Part shown: positions 56,861 to 64,000 of the stretch, piece by piece
How the letters are laid out: each line of letters starts with the position of its first letter
Position numbering within the stretch: position 1 is the stretch's first letter
Source: an uncultured Thermoleophilia bacterium
Lineage (GTDB): Bacteria > Actinomycetota > Thermoleophilia > UBA2241
NCBI GenBank assembly: GCA_963832655.1
Contig: CAWHUW010000005.1
Coordinates: 65,014-129,013, forward strand
DNA: 64,000 bases
Direction: 5' to 3'
Notes under the pieces: model-generated
What the model was told of the DNA's origin: nothing
The model's input: the letters and a program-made list of their open reading frames with translations, nothing else
Databases searched by the model: none
Translations under genes and position numbers: made by a program

Positions 56861-57934
56861 TCAGTCTCCAGCGATCTCCCCCCGCAAGGTCGCCGCGATC
56901 GCCTCCGGCGTCTCGAAGATCAGCTCCCCGCCGAGCTGCTTCTGCAGGAAGTAGTCGTCGGTGCGGTAGTCGGGCTTGAAGGCCGAGCGGGCGATGACGC
57001 GCAGGACGACCGGATGGGCCACCTCGTCCGCGCTCTCGAGCGGGCCGCCATAGAGCGTGAAGTTGAAGGCGGACAGGCTTTCGCGCTCGTACCAGGCGAG
57101 GACCTTGGAGAGGCCGTCGGCGAGCGCCGCCACCTGCTCGGCGCCCAGCGCCGAGACCCTGGCGGCGCCCGGCACGACGGCCATGACCTCGCGGTTGCCG
57201 AGCGGCGCGAACGGCACCAGCCAGGTGCAGCCGGCGCGCTCGGCGACGAAGCGCTCGCCGAGCGCGCGCTCCTCGTCGACCAGCGTTCGCCAGTACGAGG
57301 CGCCGTGCTCGCGCCGAAACGCCGCCGAGCGCTCCCACGTCAGGCGCACCAGCCACGGCACCGCAGGGCCCCCGAACACCTGGAAGTGCGCGTGCACCAG
57401 GCTGGCGCCGGCGGGCAGCATGTGGTTGCAGCACAGCTCGAGGTGCTCGAGGCCGGGGTAAGCGCGTTCGGCGCGGCCGGCGAAGTCGACCGCCGCGCCG
57501 AGTCCCTCTTCCAGAAGGTCGGGCGTGAACTCCGACGGACGGATGAAGTGCCGCTCGGGATAGGTCACCACCGCGTGCAGCGCGGCGAGCGGGAACAGGT
57601 TCGGGAAGACGAGGGCGCGTCCGCGCCGCAGCCGCCCGCCTTCTACCACGTCCTCGGGGTACCGCGGCGTCGTGTCCATCACCTTCTCGGGGCAGAAGAA
57701 GCAGCCCTCGCGCGAACGCCGTGCGAGGTCCTCGGCGTGCCCCCAGTCCGTCTTGCCGAAGAACATCTCCTCCTTGGTCGCGAGTTCGGAGGATGAGGTC
57801 GCCGTCGCCCCGGTGAGCGGGTCGCGGCGCACCTCGATGGTCTGCTCCGCGAACTCCATCCCGGCCAATGGGCTGAAGAAGCCCGCCTTCTCCACGCTGC
57901 GCTCGAACCGGATGAGACCCATGTGACCCTCCAC
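56861..57934 (-). CDS. galactose-1-phosphate uridylyltransferase (GalT/HIT-superfamily) like nucleotidyltransferase
   Basis: Zinc knuckle GCFFCPEK and HxHxQ motif LVHAHFQV. 357 aa, intact. Confidence 0.8.
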   Translation of the reverse strand: MEGHMGLIRFERSVEKAGFFSPLAGMEFAEQTIEVRRDPLTGATATSSSELATKEEMFFGKTDWGHAEDLARRSREGCFFCPEKVMDTTPRYPEDVVEGGRLRRGRALVFPNLFPLAALHAVVTYPERHFIRPSEFTPDLLEEGLGAAVDFAGRAERAYPGLEHLELCCNHMLPAGASLVHAHFQVFGGPAVPWLVRLTWERSAAFRREHGASYWRTLVDEERALGERFVAERAGCTWLVPFAPLGNREVMAVVPGAARVSALGAEQVAALADGLSKVLAWYERESLSAFNFTLYGGPLESADEVAHPVVLRVIARSAFKPDYRTDDYFLQKQLGGELIFETPEAIAATLRGEIAGD

Positions 57935-58262
57935 GACGCGGTGTGTTCCGCGCCGATGCTATGGCCGTCGCGCGCCCCGGGCAACGTTGCGGGGCGCGAC
58001 CACGTTCGCCGGCGCTTCCCCTGGATCGCCGCTGGGGTCGCCCTCGATGAAGCAGATTGTGTGCGTCGTCGCCCACAACTGTTGTGTCGTCCCGCGGATT
58101 TGCGTTAGTATCTCGCTTCACAAAACCCCCCCGGGTATGCGGCCTGGCGAGCGCCGAGCCGCTGTTGTGCTCCCGGGGATGTCGTGTTGGGGGATCGACG
58201 CGAGGAGGAATGTGCGCGACATCGACTGGACCGTGTCCAACAAGACCTCTCACGGAGGGAGC

Positions 58263-60826
58263 ATGGGGAAGAAGACAATCCTGTTCATGATCGTGGCACT
58301 CGCGGCCTTTGCCGTCGTGCCGGCGACCGCATCCGCGGACCTCGTCAACGAGTACGGGATGCACTTCGTCGGCAAGACCAAGTGCGTCGAATGCCACAGC
58401 GCGGCGGCGGACGCCACCGTGCACGGGCGCATGGCGCGCACCGGGATCAACCCGACGCCGCCCGCCGAGTGGACCATGTTCAGGTCCGCCGGCGACGCCC
58501 CCCAGGTGCCCGGCACCGCGCCCGCCGTCTGGGCGGCCGGCGGCGAGTACCCCTACGACATGCCCTGGATCACCCTGGGCGACGACACGTCGGGCCTCGC
58601 CACGGAGTACCTCTTCTGGAGGGGCAGCACCGATCCGACCGTCATGCCCTGGAACCTCGTCGAGGGCCTCGTCTACGAGCATGACGAGTGGATGGTCGGC
58701 GAGAGCCCGAGCGGCCTGTACGACGTGACGTACGCGTGCCAGCGCTGTCACCAGCTCGGCAGCACCAACAAGGCCACCAAGGGCGAGATCGTGCCGAACC
58801 CGGAGGCGACCATCGCGCCGACGGCGACAACCGCCGTCCAGTGGGCCCGTGACGCGAGCAAGTCGGTCGCCGACTTCATGAGCGACCCGACCGTGTCTCA
58901 GGCCGGCATGAGCATCCAGTGCGAGTCGTGCCACGGCACCGGTGCCCCGCGTCCGCCGGCCACCACGGCGCCCGCCGACAAGCACTGGAACTCGGGCACG
59001 CAGCTCTCGAACCGCATGCCCGACACCACCTGGCGTCAGCTCGCGACCTCGCAGGTCTGCGGCCAGTGCCACGGTAGCTACACCGCCGTGACCGGCACGG
59101 ACGGCAAGACCACGCTCGGCGTCTACGGCTACACGCCGAACCTGCCGTTCCGCACGTTCGGCGACATCAACGGCCTGTCGGGCGGCGCGTCGTACACCTA
59201 CATCCCGACCGAGGCCGAGTTCATGGCTGCCCCGACGAAGTTCTTCATGTTCCCCAACGGGAGCAACGCCAAGGGCAACCACTACTACTACAACGAGTGG
59301 TCGGCCTCTGCGCACTCGTATCGCGGTGCCTACTACACGGCTACGCCGCCAACGACGAACCCCGACGCCATGACCTACCAGGCCGCCGGCAACGGGCACT
59401 TCAACGCCACCGCGCAGTCGTCCATCGACAGCAAATGCTACAGGTGCCACACCGGCGAGGGCTATCTCGAGAGCAAGGGCGTCATCGACAAGTACCTCGC
59501 CTACAACGAGACGTTCACAGCCACCAAGGACAACACCGGCTTCCTCGGCCAGGAGTGCTCGACCTGCCACGGCGGGCATCCGGCCTCTCTGGACGAGGCC
59601 GACGTGGTGCGTGCGCCCGACAAGGCGGGTCAGCGCAGCGCAACCGGCCTCACCGTGGACAACCAGAGCATCTGCGAGGACTGTCACAACTGGCAGTACG
59701 AGGTGCAGGGCACGAGCCGGTCTACAAGCCGATCGACACGCTCGCTTCGCGCGGCGGCCCGAGTCATCCGCAGCGTGAAACGCTCCGCGGCAAGGTCATG
59801 CTGGACGTCCCCGTCGCCGGCGACTTCATGCCCGGCGTCAAGTGCGAGGACTGCCACATGCCCAAGACCAACAAGGGCGCCAACCGCTACTCGCACGGCA
59901 TGGGCATCATGGAGCCGGGCGACGCCCAGACGTGGATGACGGCAGCCGGCGCAAGCTACATGGGCGAGGACTCGTGCTCGACCTGCCACCCGGCGCAGAC
60001 GCGCATGGAGCTGCAGGACAGCCTCGAGGGCTGGCAGGGTGACGCGACGGCGGCGGCCGACGCAGCCGGAGTCGCGATCACCGCGGCCAAGACCCGCAGC
60101 GAGTTCTCCATGACCGACGCGAGCAACCCCGGTTACATCCTGGTCGGGCGTGCCACGTGGAACTACAAGTCGTGGCAGAGCGATCTCTCGGGCGGCGTCC
60201 ACAACCCCGAGTACGTCGTCGAGGGACTCGAGAAGGCCACGCAGCTGGCGAAGTCGGTCGGCGGTTCGTTCGCCGCCGTCCAGGCGCCGGCTTCCGTCCT
60301 TCCGGGTGGCAACGCGATCGTGTCGGGCAAGCTCGTCAACGGCGACGGCTCTCCGGCCGCCGACGCGACCGTCCAGATCAGCAGCGGCGGGAGCGTCATG
60401 ACGTCCGCGAACGGCGGCTTCGCCTTCCTCGTCAACCCGACCGTGGCCACGACCTACAGCGTGACCTGGGTCCGTTCGGGCGATACTCGCACGAACCTCA
60501 CCAGCCCGAGCGTGACGGTCGCCATGGCCAAGTACGCGTCGACGACGACGATCGCCAGGTCGGCGTCGTCAGTGACCGTCGGCAAGGCGGTGAAGATCTC
60601 CGGCAAGGTCACGTCATCGGTGGCCGTGACCGGCAAGGTCAAGATCTACTTCCGCAAGGGAACGAGCGGGAGCTGGAAGTACTACTCGGTCACCCTGAGC
60701 TCGGGCAGCTACAGCAAGTCGATCACGCTCAGCTCCAAGGGCACCTGGTACTTCAAGTCCGAGTACCTCGGGACCAGCACCATCGCGACGTCCAAGGCAG
60801 CCGAGATCAGCGTGAACGCCAAGTAG
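58263..60826 (+). CDS. secreted nine-haem cytochrome c with C-terminal Ig-like/beta-sandwich domains; one frameshift near 59712
   Basis: ATG follows GGAGGGAGC. Signal peptide MGKKTILFMIVALAAFAVVPATASA. Haem motifs CVECH, CQRCH, CESCH, CGQCH, CYRCH, CSTCH, CEDCH, CEDCHMPK and CSTCH. The C-terminal ~230 aa are Ser/Thr/Val-rich beta repeats. Confidence 0.85.
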
Positions 60827-60866
60827 TCCACGCGCCAGACGCGGCCGGCGACGGCCGTGACGAAAA

Positions 60867-60910
60867 GGGGCCGCAGCGGCGATACGCCGCTGCGGCCCCT
60901 TTCTTTCTCT
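60867..60910 (+). terminator. rho-independent terminator of the cytochrome gene
   Basis: GGGGCCGCAGCGGCG-ATA-CGCCGCTGCGGCCCC followed by TTTCTTTCTCTT. Confidence 0.7.
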
Positions 60911-61038
60911 TCACGTCCTCGCTCGCGCATGCGACGCATCGCTACGGACGGTCGCCACGCGCACTCATCGGCGGAGCGCGCGGTACACTACGATCTCGCG
61001 CGAGCACGAGCGCGTCGTGAGGAGGTGGGGGGCAGCGC

Positions 61039-62781
61039 ATGAACGCGTACGGGATGACGAATGGACGGACGGCAAGGGCGAGCGGCGTCAGCCTGCCGCG
61101 ATGGTGCCGCCACCTCTGCCTCCTGCTCCTCTCGCGGCGCTGCTGTGCGGCGACGCGTCTGCCGGGCTGCGACGGACGCCGCGATCGCCGCCAGACCCGC
61201 GACAGCGCAGCGTGACGCGGTGGCACGAGTGAGGGGCACGGAGCGGACGACGCGACCCGGTCGCTATCAGTATGCCAGCGAAGGCACCGCGTGGACGTTG
61301 AGTAGCGCGACCGGCTGGACGAGCGGCTACGTCGCCGGCGAGCTGTGGCTCATCTACAGATGAGCGGCGGACCGCTGGTGGCGCAGAACGCGCCGCAGTC
61401 GCGCAGGCGCGCGATCGGCGCCGCTCGACATCTCGCCGGCGCTCATGGACCTCGGCGTGCGCTACTACCGAGCTACGTGCGGGGCTCGCGCTGACGGGCG
61501 ACCCGCGTTGAAGGAGGTGGCCCTTCGGGCGGCGGCCGCCCTGGCGGCGCGCTACAGCCCCTGACGTCGGCGTGGTGCGCTCGCGCCGCACGCCGGACGG
61601 CTTCTTCGTGAACGTTGACTCGTTGATGGACCTGCACTTGTTGTGGTGGGGTGCCGCCAACGGCGGGTCGCGGGCATGGCGCGAGATCGCGCGCAGCCAC
61701 GCCCTGACCGTCGCGCGAGATCTCGTGCGTACCGACGGCAGCACGTGCCACGTGGTGCTGTACGACGAGTTGAGCGGCGAGGTGCTGGAACGGCGCCGGG
61801 GGCAGGGCTACTCGGCCGACTCGATGTGGGCGCGCGGGCAGGCCTGGGCGATCGACGGCTTCGCCGATGCCTACCGCGAGACACGCGACCCTCGCTGCTC
61901 GCGGCCGTCGCGCCGGGTAGCGGACCGCTACCTGCTGGATCTGCCGGAAGACTGGGTGCCGTTCTGGGACTTCGATGCGCCGGGCGTCCCGGCCGAGCCA
62001 CGCGACTCGTCGGCGGCGGCTGTGGCCGCGTCGGGGCTGATCGACCTCGCGCTGCTCGAGCCGAACGCGTGAGGGCGGACCACTACGCGGCGGCGGCCCG
62101 CGCCACGCTCGGCGGCCTGGCCTGGGACACATACGCGTCGTTCGGTGAGACGCCGTCCGTGCTCGCCCGTGGGACGCTGGACTTCTGGTCGGGCGACGAT
62201 CGACTCGAGGGCTGGTCTACGGCGACTACTTCTACCTCGAGGCCATGCTGCGTCTGCGTCGGCTTGCCGCCCACGACGCGGAGTCCGAGGTGACGCGCTC
62301 CGGGCGAGCGCCGGCGACGCCGGCCGCGCCGTGGACGGCGACCTCGGCACCGAGCTGGACGACGGACGGGCCGTCAGCGGCTCGACCTGGACCTCGGGAG
62401 CACGCGGACGCTGTGAGCGGCGGTGAGCGTGGCCATGCGCACGAGGGTCCAGACGTGGCGGCAAGCCTGAAGGTCATGACATCGGACGACCGCGAAGGCT
62501 GGGCTCCCGGCCGGCGTCCATGACCAGCGGCGAGGCGGCCGGCTTCGAGACCTACGACTTCTCGCCTCGACAGGCTCGCTGGGTGCGCGTGGAGTGCTTC
62601 GGGACGACCTCGTGCCGGGCGCAGGGTGAACGAGATCGAGGTCTACGAGGCCGACGACACGGCCGCCGCGCCGGTCATCTCGCGATGGCGGAGAGGACGG
62701 GCGCATGACCGGCCGCCGCGCGCTCGCTCGGTTGGGCCGCGCCCGAGCGCTCGTCCGGCGCGCACGACGCCCGACGCCTGA
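61039..62781 (+). pseudogene. decayed glycoside hydrolase family 88 (unsaturated glucuronyl hydrolase)-like gene fused to an F5/8 type C (discoidin) domain
   Basis: Fragments lie in all three frames with internal stops. GH88-like: WTSGYVAGELWLIY, VDSLMDLHLLWWGA, DGSTCHVVLYD, WARGQAWAIDGF, VPFWDFDAPG...RDSSAAAVAASGL and GLVYGDYFYLEAMLRL. Discoidin-like: AVDGDLGT, ARWVRVECFGT and VNEIEVYEADD. Boundaries are approximate. Confidence 0.55.
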
Positions 62782-62808
62782 CGACGCCGGCCCGTCGTCA
62801 GGTAGACT
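62779..62808 (+). promoter_or_regulatory. candidate rubrerythrin promoter with embedded perfect 8-nt inverted repeat
   Basis: TGACGACG-CCGGCC-CGTCGTCA (62779-62800) is followed by TAGACT (62803-62808), then AAGGAG and ATG 62843. Confidence 0.3.
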
Positions 62809-62842
62809 CTCGGCACAGCACATCCGCACACAAGGAGCCGAC

Positions 62843-63417
62843 ATGCCGAGCATCAAGGGCACCCAGACCGAGCAGAACCTGCTCAAGGCGTTCGCCGGCG
62901 AGAGCCAGGCGCGCAACCGCTACACCTACGCCGCCAAGGCCGCCCGGAAGGAGGGCTTCGAGCAGATCGCGGCGATCTTCGAAGAGACCGCCCTCAACGA
63001 GCAGCAGCACGCGAAGAAGTACTTCAGCTTCCTCGAGGGCGGCGGCGTCGAGATCACGGCGATGTACCCGGCCGGCAAGACGGGCACGACCGCCGAGAAC
63101 CTGCTCGCCGCCGCCGAGGGCGAGAAGGAGGAGTGGACCGAGCTCTACCCGGCTTCGCCGACGTCGCCGAGAAGGAGGGCTTCAAGGACGTCGCCAACGC
63201 CTTCCGCCAGATCGCCAAGGCCGAGTCGTGGCACGAGAGCCGGTACCGCAAGGTGCTCGCGAACGTCGAGAAGGGCGAGGTCTTTGCCAAGCCGGAGAAG
63301 GTGAGATGGGTCTGCCGCAAGTGCGGTTTCGTGCACGAGGGGCCGAAGGCACTGGCGAAGTGCCCGGCGTGCGACCACCCGCAGTCCTACCAGGAGGTCT
63401 ACGCCGAGAACTTCTGA
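62843..63417 (+). CDS. rbr: rubrerythrin; one frameshift near 63140
   Basis: Di-iron ExxH helices (ESQARNRY, EQQHAKKY, AESWHESRY) and a C-terminal rubredoxin-like CRKCG...CPACD. Confidence 0.9.
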
Positions 63418-63435
63418 GAGGGCGTGAAGTGCGAC

Positions 63436-63470
63436 GGGGGCGGGAGAGGCCATCGGCCTCTCCCGCCCCC
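63436..63470. terminator. 16-bp hairpin between convergent rbr and typA (bidirectional terminator candidate)
   Basis: GGGGGCGGGAGAGGCC-ATC-GGCCTCTCCCGCCCCC. Confidence 0.55.
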
Positions 63471-63489
63471 TTCGCACGCCCGGCGCCCA

Positions 63490-64000
63490 TCAGCCGGCCG
63501 CGCCGGCTCTCTTCTCGGCCTTCTTGCGCTCCTCGGCGCTGAGGATGTGCTTGCGCACGCGCACGGTCTTGGGCGTCACCTCGACGAGCTCGTCGTCGGC
63601 GATCCACTCCAGGGCGCTCTCGAGCGTGAGCGGGCGCGGCACCTTGAGGCCGGCGTCGATCTCCTTGGTGCGACGGGCGGTAGTTGCCGAGCTGCTTGCG
63701 CTTGGTGGGGTTGCAGAGCATGTCGTCGCCGCGCGAGTTCTCGCCGACGATCATGCCTTCGTAGACGCGGTCCATGGGGCTGATGAACAGGGTCGCGCGC
63801 TGCTGCAGGTTCTCGAGCGAGTAGCCGGCGGCCTCGCCGGCCGCCTGGCTGACGAGCGAGCCGCGGTCGCGGCCGGGGAGCTCGCCGCGCCAGGGGCCGT
63901 AGCCGGTGAAGCGCGAGCTCATCACGCCCAGGCCGCGCGTCTCGGTGAGGAAGTCGGAGCGGTAGCCGATGAGGCCGCGCGTCGAGATCGTGAACTCGAG
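63490..64000 (-). CDS. typA: 3' portion of translational GTPase TypA/BipA (continues beyond right edge); one frameshift near 63690
   Basis: ...TRGLGVMSSRFTGYGPWRGELPGRDRGSLVS...VYEGMIVGENSRGDDMLCNPTKRKQL, then in a shifted frame ...LESALEWIADDELVEVTPKTVRVRKHILSAEERKKAEKRAGAAG ending at TGA (complement of 63490-63492). Confidence 0.85.

Noticed and set aside
56424-59687. 1087-aa minus-strand ORF, plus similar long antisense ORFs at 1664-3031, 3790-5223, 9030-10673, 36574-38697, 40502-42424 and 43312-45156
   Set aside because: These have low-complexity R/A/G/P/D composition and no recognisable motifs. Each is fully overlapped by an opposite-strand or alternative-frame gene with clear family signatures.

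Overview
Very GC-rich bacterial chromosomal segment (about two-thirds to 70% GC by eye, not computed). Strong GGAGG-type ribosome-binding sites and frequent GTG/TTG starts suggest an uncultured high-GC Gram-positive-like organism, possibly an anaerobic actinobacterial lineage; this is inference only. All calls come from reading the supplied translations and DNA; no database search was run. I support about 60 genes. Left to right: an ABC-2 exporter; an anaerobic sulfatase maturase / arylsulfatase / SulP / DUF389 block riddled with frameshifts; a racemase plus APC permease pair; formyltransferase, Isf-like flavoprotein and aldehyde dehydrogenase; a livKHMGF operon whose last gene is translationally coupled to a secreted multihaem cytochrome c with IPT/TIG domains; a Cys/Met-family PLP enzyme; a CocE/NonD hydrolase with an orphan C-terminally anchored family-5 solute-binding protein; NfnAB-like genes, where NfnB carries an unusual Cys-rich N-terminal extension; a five-gene putative sensory module (Cys-rich protein, two DRTGG proteins, HATPase, [FeFe]-hydrogenase-like protein); glycogen-debranching, SCP2, SDR and gluconolactonase genes; a CoA-disulfide-reductase-rhodanese fusion; a cytosolic GAF-PAS-PAS histidine kinase with a NarL/LuxR regulator and a separate receiver-only protein; Ppx/GppA and CYTH-like genes; rhodanese plus a DszB-like desulfinase homologue; DUF6325, STAS and HdeD-like small genes; a GalT-like / membrane protein / DedA / FGGY kinase / TMEM175 operon; a nine-haem secreted cytochrome; a decayed GH88-discoidin gene; rubrerythrin; and the 3' end of typA. 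The most striking non-coding signal is a conserved 48-72 nt element. It has an exact 18-nt core (GTAGTTTCCCGAGGTCAC), a 17-nt spacer and TAGTCT. It occurs four times (43.3, 46.1, 48.6 and 51.8 kb), always just upstream of and co-oriented with a gene, around the two-component system; I read it as a shared activator-dependent promoter defining a small regulon. A second pervasive feature is about 35-40 apparent single-nucleotide frameshifts, several of them at short homopolymers. They are strongly clustered at 2.7-11.6 kb and 61-62.8 kb, while stretches of up to 11 kb are clean. No tRNA, rRNA, CRISPR array, transposase, integrase or phage gene was recognised.
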